From Cyanophora paradoxa CCMP329 (taxonomy: Eukaryota; Plantae; Glaucophyta): DNA of 64,000 nucleotides. Below are positions 32,783 through 44,857 of this stretch, piece by piece. The translations under genes and the position numbers were made by a program. The notes beneath the pieces were generated by a model. The model did not search any database and was not told the origin of the DNA. It worked only from the letters and a program-made list of their open reading frames with translations. The DNA is taken from the NCBI GenBank assembly GCA_004431415.1, contig QPMI01000555.1, forward strand, positions 1-64,000. The letters run 5' to 3'. Position 1 is the stretch's first letter; every line of letters begins with the position of its first letter.

Positions 32783-35700
32783 TCACATGAGGGAGCAGGC
32801 GCCGCTCTTGCCGTGGTCCCTCTTGCGGGGCGGGGCGGCGGGGGCGGCCCCGGGGGGGTCCAGGGGCGGGGGCGCCGGCAGGGGCGGCGGGACGGCCTTC
32901 GAGCCCTTGCCCCTCTTCCCCCGCCGCGAGCCGCGGGCGGCGGCCGCCTCCAGCTCCGCGATCTCCCGCTCGAGCTGCGCACGATCTCTCTCGCTTAGGG
33001 AGAGGGGGCGGGGCCCCGCGGCGGGGCCGGCGGGGGCGCGCTGGAGGGGTGGGGTGGGGGGGGGAGGGAGGAGAGGGGGTGGAGGGTGGGTGTGGGGAGG
33101 AGGGGAGCGGGGGGGTGGGGGTGGGGGTGGGGGGTGGGTGGGGGGGGTGGGGGGGTGGGGGCGTGCCTGCTCCAGCTCGCGGTCGCTGCCGGCGATCTCC
33201 GCCTGCAGCGCCCCCGCCCGCGCCTGCACTCATAATCATGATCCGCAACGGCCCCGCGTGAGCCCTGCGCGGCGGGTAGCGTCTGTGCGCACCGCGTCCG
33301 CGGCCGACGGGGCGGCGCCTCCTGCGGGCGCCGGCGTGGCGGGGGCGTGCAGCGCGGGCGGACCCTCCGGCTTCGCCTGCGCCGCGGCGGGGCGTCAGCT
33401 GCAGCGCGAGAGGCTTGTAGGGAGGGCGGGGCGGGGCTGGGGGCGGGCGGACCGGGGCGGCGGGGCCGGGTGCCCCCAGGGACGAGAGCAGCGCGTCGAG
33501 GGACTGCCGGCGGGGTCGGAAGAAGATAAAGGGGGGGAAGGGGAGGAGGGAGGCGGGGGTACGGCACCGGGAAGAAGCCCTCGGGCTCCTCGGCGAAGAA
33601 AGGGAACTTGCGCGTTCGCGCCAGCGAGTACTCCAGCGACGCCGGCACCTGCCGCGCGGCCTCAAAAGGGGCGGGGCGGGGCGGGGGGCTCGCTCGCCTG
33701 GAGGCTGGAGAGGAGGAGGGGCCGGACGGGCCGCCCCGCCGCCCGCGCGCGCTGCGATGCGGGGGCGCCGTGAGGCGAGCGAAAGGCCGAGCGCAGGGGC
33801 GGGCGGGCCTGGAGGCGGTCGCGGAGGAGGGGGGAGGAGGCGGAGGCGGGCGAGAGGAGCGGCACGAAGGCCGCGCACGCCGCCAGCGCAGCGTCCGCCC
33901 CCGCCTCTCCCGTCGGGTCCGCGCCCTGCGCGGCTGTGAGGGAAGATGCGAGGGTGGGTGGGGGAGGACGGGGGGTGTGGGTACAGGGCAGTGGAGCCAG
34001 CAGGGTACGCCGCGGAAGGCGAGGGCAGAGAGGAGGGAGGCGGCGTTGCGGGCGTCCTCGGGGAGGGCCCAGGCGAGCAGGAAGGGGGCCCGCCGGGGGT
34101 CGCAGCGCGCCTCGGGCCGCGCCAGCAGCGCCTGCGCACGGCTCAGAAATGAGGAGGGGAAGAGCGGGGAAGGTGAGGGGTGAGGGGCGGGCCCGGGCGG
34201 CGTCGGCGTCGGCGGCGTCGTCGGCGGCGGCGGCGGCCTCGAGGGCGCCCCGCACCTCCGCGAGGAAGGCGGGGAAGCCCGCCTCCAGCAGCGCCGGCCT
34301 GCGCCGGACCGGGGCGGCGCTCAGGCCGGGGAGGCTTGGATTGGGCCGGGCGGGGCGGGGGCACCGCGAGAGGTCGACGATGCGGCAGCCGCGGAGGAGG
34401 CCCTGCGGGGGGTACTGTGAGGAGGGGCGGCGGGGAGGGGGTACACGCGCACGGCGGGGCGGTCGTCGAGGGGGAAGGGCGCCTCGGCCCACACGGGGAA
34501 GATCGGTCGCCCCAGGTCTGGGGGCGCTGAGAGCGAAGAGGTCCAGGCCGCAGGGAGGGCGCACCGCGGGCGCGGGAGAGCTCGAGCATGCACCAGTCCG
34601 ACGCGCACGAGTGCTGCGGGAGGGGGGCGCCGCGATCAGAAGCGGAAGAGGCGGGGGAGGGGGCGCGGCGCAGCGCCCGCCTTGGAGGCGACGAAGAGGA
34701 CGGCGCGGGCCGCCTTGATCCCCGCCCCGATCTGCTCCCGCCACTGCGCGCGGCTTTCAGGGGCGCCTCAGAGGGCGTTGCGGAGGCGTAGGGGCGCGCG
34801 CCTCCGTTCCGGCCTCGATGCCTGCCGGCCGCGGGGCGGAGCGAACTCGAGGTCAGGGGCGAAGCCAACTGCGAATCGAATCGCGTACCCGTCGCCTTCA
34901 TCTCGTCCATCTGGCGGCGGGCAGCGCGCGTCAGCCTCGGAACGAGGGCGGAGGAGGGAATGAAAACAAAGGCGCACCCAGCACTGCGTGGGCGAGGGTC
35001 GTGGGAGGCGCGTGCGGGGCGGAGTGAGGCCGGAGCGGAAGCCGAAGCTAGAGAGACCAGGAGAGAAATGGGGGGTACAACGGACCGAGACCTGCTCGGC
35101 CTGGAGGCGGTCCCTCAGCTGCGCCGTGAACCGCGCCACCTCCGGCGGGTGGTGCCCGTACCTGCGTGCGTGCAGCGCGGGCGGGGGCTCAGGAAGAGAA
35201 GGAAAAGCGAGGGGGGGAGGGGAAATGAGAGGGGGGTACGCACGAGATGAAGGCGTCGCGGACGGCGGCGGCGCGCTTCAGCTGCGCGCGGTACGCCGCG
35301 TCCCGCGTCCCGTCCAGCACAGCCCTGCCGGAGCCGTTGAGGAGGGAATTCTTGGGCTTGTTCCTAGCCGTAACGCACCGCTGCTTCCCGCCGTCGGCCC
35401 CGCCGACCTGCCGCCCGATGTCCGCCCCTGCGCAGCAGCAGCAGCGGAGGCGCTCAGATCCAGCGAAAGAAAGGCGATATCAAATAATCTCAAGAGCGGG
35501 GCGGGCCCTTCTGGAGGAGGAGTGCGCAGACGTCGAAGAGGGCGGGCCCGAAGGCGACGGCCCGCGAGAGCGCCGTCTCCTCCGCCGCGTCCGCCGCGCT
35601 GCGCGGGGGGCCCAGCGAGGCAAAGTCAAACAAATCTAAGCCTAGCCTAGGTCCAGTCCAGTTAGCCTAGCCTCAGCTAGTTAGGCTGGTCTAAGTTAGT

Positions 35701-38700
35701 TAAGGCGAAGCTTAAGCTCAGTTAAGATAAGCGCTGCGAGAGAGGCTCAGTGCGGGCCAAGTTGGGCGAGAGGTTCAGTTAGTTAGACTAGCCTAAGCAA
35801 CCTAAATCTCGCACTCGACGGTCTCCGGGGTGGCGGCGGCGGCGAGGCGGAGGGCGGTGAGGCGGAGGCCGACGCGGCAGGCGGCGTGCAGCGGCGTCTC
35901 CCGGTCCCGCGCGTCCGCCTCCGCGGGGTCCTCGCGCTCCGCCTCCTCCTCCTCCTCCTCCTGGCCCCTGCAGCCCCGCCCGCCCGGCACGGGGCCGCTC
36001 AGCACACGCCGGCAATGACAGGAACCAAATCTAAGGCGCACTTCGCTTTCTTCTTCGTCTTCTTGGGGTCCTCGGGCGGCTCGGGCTCGACGCGGCCCTC
36101 GAGCCGCAGCACGCGCGCCGCCGCCGCCACCAGCGGCCCCCGCGCGTCCCCGCCCGTCTCCTCCGGCTTCAGCGCGTGGATCTCGCTGCGGCGCCGTCAG
36201 CCAGCGGCACCCTCTAGCTTTCCTGCGCGCTCGCCTGAGGCGTATCGGGCCGCGGCAGCAGAGGAGGAGGTCGGCCCACTGGCGGGCGTCCTCGGCCGCC
36301 ATCTCGGACCCGTCCCGCATCGCCTCCCCCAGCGCCGTCGAGTACCTGCCCGCCCCGAGCTTCAGAGGGGGCGGGGCCGAGGGGCCTGGGGTTGAAGGCG
36401 GGACCCTTTGGCGCGGCCGGAGAGGCTGCCGTCGGCGTCGCGGCGGACGGCGGGCCAGGCGAAGCCCTCCGCCGAGACCTCCTTCAGCTCGTCCTCCAGC
36501 AGGACCCTGGGGAAGGGTTTCAGGGGGCACGGGAGGGACGGGGGAAGAGCGGAGCGCCCACCCGAGGATGTCGCGGGTCTCGGGGCCGCGGCGGTACCGC
36601 CCGCCGCCGCCCGAGCCGCAGGCGGCGGCGACGATCTCGCCCTCGTGCGCGTGGCGCCCGGCCCCGCGGCCCATCAGCAGCCGCAGCAGCTCGAGGTCGG
36701 CGGCCGCCGCCGCGATCGCCGCGGCGCTCCGGCCCTCCGCGTCGCGCGCGCCGATGTCGGCGCCGGCGTCGAGCAGCGCCCGGACCGTCTCGAGGCCATC
36801 CTCGCCCTTGCTCGCGGCGACGGCGACGGCGACGAGCAGCGGCGTCCGCCCGCGGGCCTCGCCCCGGCCGCGGCCGCGGCCCCTCCCCTCCTCGTCATTC
36901 TCCGCGTCCTTCGCCTCCAGCGCCGCGCCCCGCTCGATCAGGAAGCTGCGAGAGGGGCGTGAGGGGCGGATGCACGCAGAAGAACCGACGGGCGCGACGC
37001 AAGGGAAGGGCGCACCGGACGGTCTCGGCCCCCGCCTCCGCGTTGCCCGCCGCAAGGTGCAGCGCTGCGGAGGCGGCGGCGTGCTCAAGCCGCGCAGAGG
37101 CGTGAGGGCGGGGCGCGCGCGCGTGCGCACGGGAGGAGCCCTCGCAGTACTCGTTGACGTCCGCCCCGTTGTCGAGGATGAGCCTGCAGGCGCAGCCGCC
37201 GGTCGACGTCGCCCAAGGCCCGGGCAGGCCAGGCCAGCGAGCGGGCCGGCCGGCGGGGCGCGCACCGGAGGCAGGCGTCGAAGTCCTCCGCGGACTCGCC
37301 GTGCTCGCGCCGGCCCATCAGGAGCTTGTGCAGGAGCGTCTCGCCCTGCCCCGCAGAATCTCAGAATCTCATCTAAAAGTGGGGAGGGGCCCGGGGCGCG
37401 CTCGGATGTGGGGCCCGCCGCGCTCCTCGTCAGAGAGGTACGCGGGGTTCGTGTCGACCTTTCGCTCCAGGAACCACCTGCGCGGAAGGCGTCGGAAGCT
37501 CAAGCGAGGCGAAGGCGGGGCTGGGGAGGGGTACGCGGACCTGGCGACGGAGTAGACGCCGCGCGCGAGTGCGAAGGCGAGCGCCTGAGCCACGGCGGGG
37601 TGCCGCGTCGGCAGCCGCAGCCCCGCCTCCTCCAGCGCCCTGGGTACGGTGATGCAGGCCTGGGTATGGCGCGAAAGGCAGGGGAGGGGGTGGGAGGGGG
37701 TACGGGTACGCACGCGAGGATGGTGAGGCGGTTTTTCGTGTACATGCCCGAGACCTGCGGCCGGGTGAGAACGAAGAGAAAGGGGCCCCGACGGGGCTCG
37801 AACCTGGTAGAGGAGGTTCTGCTCGATGGTGCACTTGTCCTGCCAGCCGTAGAAGGGGTCGGCCCCCGCCCGCAGAAGCTCCCTGCGAGGGCGGCGTGGG
37901 CCGAACGAACAAAGAGGAACGAGACTAACGATAACAAGAGGAGATCTAGACAAATCAAAGCACTGCAGGGTCTTGAGCATCAGAGGCTCCTTCTCGCGGG
38001 CGCTCGAGGCGAGCGGCCGCATAATGGGCGTCCGGTTCGACGCGTCCGCCTGGTTTATCGGCGCCCCCGCCTCCAGCAGCGCCCTTCTCTCTCGGGTCAG
38101 ACGGCGGCTCGGACGCTCAGGCGGCAAAGACGGCTCGGACGGCGCACCGGACGGAGGGTATGTCGAAGTTGAATGCGGTGGCGTGCAGGGCGGGGCACCA
38201 CGCCGAGTCCAGCACGCCGCTTGCTTTCAGGGCCTGCCGGGGTACCGGGCCGCGCGCGTCAGGGCGGTCTGCGCGCCGCCGATCGCGAGGGGGGTACGTG
38301 TACGCGCCTTGGGGTTCGCGGGGTCGGCCCCGCACTGCAGGAGGGCCCGCACGGCCTCCAGGCGCCCCTCCTTCGCCGCGAGGCCTGCCCAGATCGGATG
38401 TTGGCGCCGATTCGAGGGCCGGGGGCGCAGGGGGCCGGGTACTGACCGAGGGCGCTGTTGAGGCCGGAGTCGGGGCGGTCGACGGGCGCCCCGCGCGAGG
38501 CGAGGAGGCGGACCACCGCCACGTGGCCGCCCCGCGCCGCCCGCTCCAGCGCCGAGTAGCCCGCCAGCACGTACTCGGGCGGGGGCGGCCGCCCCTCCGC
38601 CTCGTCCTCCTCCTCCTGCTCCGGCGTGCGCCTGGGCGGGGGCACCCCCTCGACCTCGCCGGGGTCCGCCCCCCTCTCCAGCAGCTCCCGCACGCAGCCG

Positions 38701-39395
38701 AGGTGCCCGTTGCCCGCCGCCATCAGCAGCGGCGTGAGCCACGCGCTGTTCTCCTTCACGCGGCGTCGCGGGTCGGCGCCGGCGTCGAGGGCGACGCGGA
38801 GGCAGGCGGCCGAGCCCTCGCGCGCGGAGCCCGCCGCGATGCTCTCGACCACCTCCGCGGGGGGCGCCGCCCTCGCCACCAGCTCCCTGCGCGCCCGCCC
38901 GCCGCCCCTCAGAAAGACAGAGAGAGAGAGAGGCGGCCCGAAGACCTAGACCGCGGGGGAGGGGTGCACCGGAGGACTTCGAAGTGGCCGCCCAGCGCGG
39001 CCAGCTCGTAGGGCCCCGCCTTGTGCCCGTGCCGCGCCCCCGGCGAGGCGCCCCGCGCCAGCAGCTCCCTGGCCCCGCCCGCCGCCTGTCAGAAAGACAG
39101 GCGAGAAAGAGAGAGGGCGCGCGGGCCTCCTCAGAGAGAGATTGCGCACCGGACGAGCTCAAGGTCGCCGCGCTCGGCGGCGAGGGGCAGCGCCGCCTCA
39201 GGCGCCCTCGCCCCTTCCTCCTCCACAGCGTACGCCGCGTCGTCCACGGGGCAGCCGAGCTCCAGGAGCGCCCTGGCAGCAAGCGCGTAAAGGGACCAGC
39301 GGGCACCGGGGCGGGCGGAAGGGACGGCGCGCGCACACTGAGACTCCTCGCGGCCCAGGCCCCACTGGATGAGCGTCTAGCGGCGTCGCCGCCAT
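32783..39395 (-). CDS. Ankyrin-repeat / TIR / TIR-like / coiled-coil protein, many exons (start codon uncertain)
   Basis: Ankyrin repeats (TPLLMAAGNGHLGCVRELLERGAD; SALERAARGGHVAVVRLLASRGA; TPLLVAV..LETVRALLDAGADIGARD; ETPLHAAC), then DAFIS|YGHHPPEVARFTAQLRDRLQAEQVSV.WMDEM...QWREQIGAGIKAARAVLFVASK|HSCASDWCMLELS...RPIFPVW (TIR_2), a second TIR-like unit (ALAACAAFVPLLSPASASS...RPVRPLLL) and LQAEIAGSDRELEQ...AQLEREIAELE. Confidence 0.8.
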
Positions 39396-40875
39396 GTCTA
39401 GCGGCGCGGGGCCCGGGTCCCGCGAGTGATCGGAACCGGCGATGTACCGCAATTGCAAGTTTGCGTCGGCGTGCGGCGCGTCGAGCAGCGCGCTGCAAGC
39501 GGAGAAAGATCGAAAGTCAGCGCCAGGCTCAAGCCCGAAGCTAAGAGGCGCGGCGCTGGGAGGCGTACCGTGCCGCATATGCATGCGCAGCGCCTGGAGA
39601 AGCACGGCCTGGGCCGCCTCACGGATCGACGCCTGGCGTGCAATCCATTTGCATCATGGCATCGAGCCACGCGCGCGCGCCGCGGGGCGCGCGCCGTAAG
39701 CTGTAACTCGGCGGCGCCGCACGAGCTCGCAAGCACTGCGAGCCGCGACGGTTATTCAAGTGCAGAAAGACGACATAGAGAGAGCGCACCGGCAACCACC
39801 TCATGATCAGAGCGCATTGCGAAGCCCGAGGAGCGAAGCGAACGGGCGAGCGCGGTACCCCAAGCCGGCGCAAAAAAGATCGTGCGTGACAGCATCTCGC
39901 TCCACAGCGTGCGGGCGAGCAGCTGGACGGGAGAATGCGCTCATTCGCGGTTCCAGAGCACGATTGGCCTGTCTCGGAAGCGCCGCCCACGGCAATCCCG
40001 CCTCGCAAGCCGCCGCCTCGCACGCCGCCGCCTCGTGCCCCGCCTTGAGGAACCTTCGAGCACGTTGAGCTGCCTTCTTGGATCGTCCGCAGCCGGCTGA
40101 ACCGCGCGCGGTCTGCAAACAGCTAGGGCTGCATCGCAGCTAGGGCGGCATGAGCCGCCTGCAGCTGTCGATTCATTCGCGATCCTGAGCGTGCTCTGGT
40201 CGGTCACCCCTGCACCCGTTCTCGGCGGCGCGCAGTATCTCACCCGTACGCGTGCACCCATCGCGCAGAGCTAGCGGGCCGCCCGGCATCCGGTGATGCG
40301 GATGTAGGTGCTCGTCGCACGCTGCTCTTGCTGGTGAGCGGATCCGAAGCCCGTGGCCGCGGCCGCGCGCGTCTCACCCGAACCACGCAGCCTGTCATCC
40401 TTCGCGCGGGGCGGAGACTCGCAGCCTGAGGGCTGCGTGGTTCGGGTGAGAGACGCGCTTCCCTGGCGCCTGCTCGCAGCTGCGTGAGGAGGATTGGCGC
40501 TACTGATCCGCCGCGCGGCTCGCCGCCCCCGAGCCGCGGCCGCCATTCCACCGCGCCCCGCCCCGCCCCGCCGGCGCCGTCGCCCCGCTGTCCGGCGGCC
40601 CCAGCCCACTGCTCCGGCTCCAGTCGTCAGCTAGCGCCAGGCCAGCGCCTCTCTTTCTACGTTCAGTGCCTCCGCCCGCCGCTCCCAGCGGCACTGTGCC
40701 GCGGCCGGCTTCTAGCGCTAGCACGCTGCCCCAACGTTTACCACTATCGAGTTTCCGCGTGCTGTAGCCTATAGCTATGTCACATCATGTTCTGCAGGCT
40801 GCAGCTATGTGAAAAGCGGCTTTGTGTGAAAAGCGGACCCTGCGGGATCCGAGCTCGGTACCGAAAAAACCGGGA

Positions 40876-40921
40876 CGCCATAGTAAAAAACCGGGACATG
40901 TCCCCGGTTTTTACTATGGCG
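40876..40921. repeat. Near-perfect palindrome within a cluster of AAAAACCGGGAC motifs (DNA-transposon subterminal-like)
   Basis: CGCCATAGTAAAAAACCGGG-ACATGTC-CCCGGTTTTTTACTATGGCG; motif also at ~40864 and ~40955. Confidence 0.7.
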
Positions 40922-41552
40922 GCGGCCGGATCAAGTTGCAAACTGGCCCATACAAAAAACCGGGACGGGAGTCGCCTCCTTTTCGCGGCGAAATGGAAGG
41001 CCCGAAACTGAGGCCGCGGGGGGCGAGCGCAAAACGTTAACGCGAGCGCAATCATGATCATGATCACTTGGGGCGCCGCCCACAGCTGCAGGCCAGCTGG
41101 TCCCTAGCGCTAGCCTCAGCCTGGCAGGGCTTCAGCCTGGCGGCCCGCCGGGCCGGGCTTAGGGCTGGCCCGGGGCCGCACAGCTGCAGGGCTGGCCCGG
41201 GGCCGCACAGCTGCAGGGCTCGGCCTGGCGGACCGGGCTCAGAGGGCCCGCCGGGCGTTCTAGCTATAGATCTTGGCAGCAGGGCTGGCCCGGCAGAGGG
41301 CCCGGGGCAGCGCCCGCCGGCGCCCCTCTCCCGAGACCCCGAATTCTGTAGCTTCCCGCACGCGCCAAAAAGCCCGCATTTCTCAACTCATTTCTCTTAT
41401 GCATTTCTCAATTGATTCTTCTTATGGCCGCCCCCAAAACACGGCCGGCGGTTCTTAGGGCCCTTGTGCATTTTTCAATTAATTTTTCTTATGGCCGCCC
41501 CCCGGCCGCCCCCCCACGCCACCAAATATTTTAGTAAATCCTGTAACAGCGG

Positions 41553-41910
41553 CTCACATGAGGGAGCAGGCGCCGCTCTTGCCGTGGTCCCTCTTGCGGG
41601 GCGGGGCGGCGGGGGCGGCCCCGGGGGGGGTCCAGGGGCGGGGGCGCCGGCAGGGGCGGCGGGACGGCCCTCGAGCCCTTGCCCCTCTTCCCCCGCCGCG
41701 AGCCGCGGGCGGCGGCCGCCTCCAGCTCCGCAATCTCCCGCTCCAGCTGCGCGCGATCTCTCTCGCTCAGGAAGAGGGGCGGGGGCCCGCGGCGGGGCCG
41801 GCGGGCGCGCGCGCGCGCCTGCTCGAGCTCGCGGTCGCTGCCGGCGATCTCCGCCTGCAGCGCCCCCGCCCGCGCCTGCGCCGGACAACGGCCCCTTGTG
41901 AGCCCTTTCG
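41553..41910 (-). pseudogene. 3' exon fragment (coiled-coil tail) of the ANK-TIR gene
   Basis: Near-identical to the 32783-33225 exons (ALQAEIAGSDRELEQ...GKSGACSLM*). Confidence 0.8.
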
Positions 41911-42009
41911 GACAGGCGCGCGGCGGGCGGCGCTTGCGCCCACCGCGACTCCGGGAGTCCGGGTCCACCCCGAGTCCGGCCGGCCCGGCGGAGCAGCACT
42001 GCGCATGCG

Positions 42010-42560
42010 GCAGGAGTACAAGTACGGAATGAATCCTCGCGATCGGACCCGGGGACGAGTCTCGCGATCGTTATGAAGAGGTGGCAGAGGTGCGCTGCTG
42101 GTCGTGACTCGTGACCGCTAGCGCTGTCTGCCCGACTAATTAGTTATAATTGCGCATGCAAGAACCACCGCGATCGACTCGCGCTCGAGCTCGCGCTCAC
42201 GCCTGGGGCCCGGCAGGCCCTGAGGACCAGGAATATATGCGGGCCGGGCTTGCGCGTGGAGCGCGCATCATGATCATGATCAGGACGCGTACGCGTTCCC
42301 GCTTGATGTAGATGCGACTTGTATTCGTGCGCGTGCACGTGCGCATGCCGCTGGAATTTGAAGCGCGTGAAAGCTAAGATCGATATCGATATCGAATCCG
42401 CATCTGACGCACGTACAGCTGCAGGGGCCGGCCGGCCCAGCGGGAAGCTGTACATGTGGCGCCGGCGGCGAGCCAGTCGGTGCAGCATGCGCAAGAGCTG
42501 GCGGCGTTGGCGCGCGCGATATTGATGACGGTCACCTATCTTCGATTTCAACGCCTTGAG
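42010..42560 (+). pseudogene. Degenerate copy of the 31825-32619 gene
   Basis: QEYKYGMNPRDR...; exons interrupted by small palindromic insertions and a stop. Confidence 0.65.
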
Positions 42561-42736
42561 TGGGGCAGCCTCGTCAAACGCGGGGGGGCGTCGGCGGGGG
42601 CGTACGCGTGCCGAGCTGCAGCGTGGGTACGGCGCGGCCACATGTCACAGTGTGCACTAGAAGATAAATCAATATACGTATCCGTAATCACAATAAATCG
42701 TATAACAGTAGAACCCACGCCCGGGACAACCGGGAG

Positions 42737-44105
42737 CCTCACATGAGGGAGCAGGCGCCGCTCTTGCCGTGGTCCCTCTTGCGGGGCGGGGCGGCCGGGG
42801 CGGCCCCGGGGGGTCGACGTCCAGGGCGGGGGCGCCGGCAGGGCGGCGGGACGGTCTTCGAGCCCTTGCCCCTCTTCCCCCGCCGGAAAATCGCGGGGGT
42901 GGGGGTAGGCTCTTGTCGTCAGATCGACCCGACCCGAGGTTGATGTGCGGATTTCCGCTTTTTTGATCTGATCTTCTCGATTTTCGGTGCGGTTTTCGCA
43001 TCGGCGGAGTCGAAAACCCTTCAAGGCTTATTAGTCACAGAAGGGACGGGCTTGCACTTTAATTTCCTCGGTGAAGGCGCGAAGCGCCTGGAAGGGAGGG
43101 CGCGAAGCGCCTGAAAGCTCGGCGCTTTTTCGCTTAGTTTAGGTCGTTTTTTGCTGTAGAATCACAGGTACCCCCTCCCACTGGCGCCACTGAGTGGGGT
43201 GCCAGTGGGGGGGGGCCACTGACTCAGTGGGGTCGGACCCCCACTACGCCCACCCCTAGCCGCGGGCGGCGGCCGCCTCCAGCTCCGCGATCTCCCGCTC
43301 CAGCTGCGCGCGATCTCTCTCGCTTAGGGAGAGGGGGCGGGCCCCGCGCGGGGCCGGCGGGGGGGCGCGCGCCTGCTCGAGCTCGCGGTCGCTGCCGGCG
43401 ATCTCCGCCTGCAGCGCCCCCGCCCGCGCCTGCGCCGGACAACGGCCCCGCGTGAGGTCTTTGGGGCAGACGCGCCAGCGGCTGGACTCGCGCACCGCGT
43501 CCGGGGCCGACGGGGCGGCGCCTCCGGCGGGCGCCGACGTGGCGGGGGCGTGCAGCGCGGGCGGACCCTCCGGCTTCGCCTGCGCCGCGGCGGGGCGTCA
43601 GCTGCAGCGCGAGAGGCTTGTGAGGGAGGGCGGGGCGGGGCGGGCGGACCGGGGCGACGGGGGCCGGTGCCCCCAGGGACGAGAGCAGCGCGTCGAGGGA
43701 CTGCCGGCGAGGTCGAAGGAAGAAGAAGCGGGGGGGGGAAGAAGGCGGGGGTACGGCACCGGGAAGAAGGCCTCGGGCTCGTCGGCGAAGAAGGGGAACT
43801 TGCGCGTGCGCGCCAGCGAGTACTCCAGCGACGCCGGCACCTGCCGCGCGGCCTCAAAAGGTGCGGGGCGGGGCGGGGTGCGCGCTCGCCTGGAGGCTGG
43901 AGAGGAGGATCGGGAGGGGCCGCGGCCGGACGGGCCGCCCCGCTGCCCGGGCGCGCTGCGGGGGCGCCGTGCCACGGTGAGCGAATTAAAGCAGAGCGGA
44001 GCGGAGCAAAGGGGCGGGCAGGCCTGCATGGAGGCGGTCGCGGAGCTTGAGGAGGCCTAGGGGGGAGGAGGCGGAGGCCGCGCCAGCGAGAGGAGCGCGC
44101 GGCAC
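42737..44105 (-). pseudogene. 3' fragment of ANK-TIR gene (second TIR-like unit plus tail), interrupted by a MITE
   Basis: VPASLEYSLARTRKFPFFADEPEAFFP etc.; in-frame stop at ~44057 and insertion at 42885-43257. Confidence 0.8.
42896..43256. mobile_element. MITE-like insertion with 13-bp TIR and internal hairpins
   Basis: GGGGTGGGGGTAG (42896-42908) vs CTACGCCCACCCC (43244-43256), 12/13 match; splits CCCCGCCG/AGCCGCGGG, which in the other copies are separated only by CG; no clean TSD. Confidence 0.65.
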
Positions 44106-44629
44106 GCAGCCCAGTCGACGTCCCCCTCGAGCTCTGAGCCGGCTGAAAAGCTTCGAAATCGATAGGTGAGCAACGCGATATGCACCGAACTGCGCTCCCC
44201 GCACTGCTAGAGCCTGCCCCTCCCCCCGGCGTGTCTGTAGCGCTGTACCCCCTCTTAGTAGGAAAAAAAAGAGTAACAGGAGTAGTAGGAGTAAGGTAAA
44301 AGTAAAGCGCCAGCCAGCCGCTGAGCCAGCCAGGCCTCGCGCTAGCGCTGGCCGGGGTCCGGGGCCGGCCGCGGCCTATAGGCCGGAGCTCGCGATCGAG
44401 GGCCGGGCCCAGCCGCGGCCTATAGCTACTGGCGGCCAGCCTCCAGCTAGGAGCCGATGACTTGGTCAGGCCAGCTGGCCAGCTCAAGCCGGGGGGCCGG
44501 GGCCGGCCGCGCGCGGTCCTATAGGCTATATATAGCTACTGGCGGCCAGCCTCCAGCTACCGTGTAACACTTATTTACTGCGCCACAAATTACTGCGTTC
44601 TAAAATAACACTGGCGGCCAGCCTCCAGC

Positions 44630-44857
44630 TACCGTGTAACACTTATTTACTGCGCCAGAGTTTTTTTTCTGCGCCGGTAGGCGCTTTACTGCGCCACCAA
44701 ATTACTGCGTTCCATCGGCCTCGGAAAATATTATACTGGGGTAATAGGCCAAGGGGGTATTACTGCGCTACCAAATTACTGCGTTCTTAAATTTTTGAGC
44801 GCAGTAATATGGTAGCGCAGTAGTTATGTCAGCGCGGTAATTAAGTATTACACGGTA
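44630..44857. mobile_element. Tc1/mariner-pogo-type MITE (TA TSD) with duplicated left end at 44558-44610
   Basis: TACCGTGTAACACTTATTTACTGCGC ... GCGCGGTAATTAAGTATTACACGGTA; empty site CCTCCAGCTAGGAGCCGATGAC visible at ~44440; internal TTACTGCG subrepeats. Confidence 0.85.

Noticed and set aside
39500-40800. Possible minus-strand gene upstream of the ANK-TIR gene
   Set aside because: Exon-like pieces contain stops and no recognisable domain; could not build a consistent model
40844-40862. GGATCCGAGCTCGGTACC resembles a cloning-vector polylinker
   Set aside because: Only 18 bp, flanks are not vector-like, and the genome is saturated with hexamer palindromes
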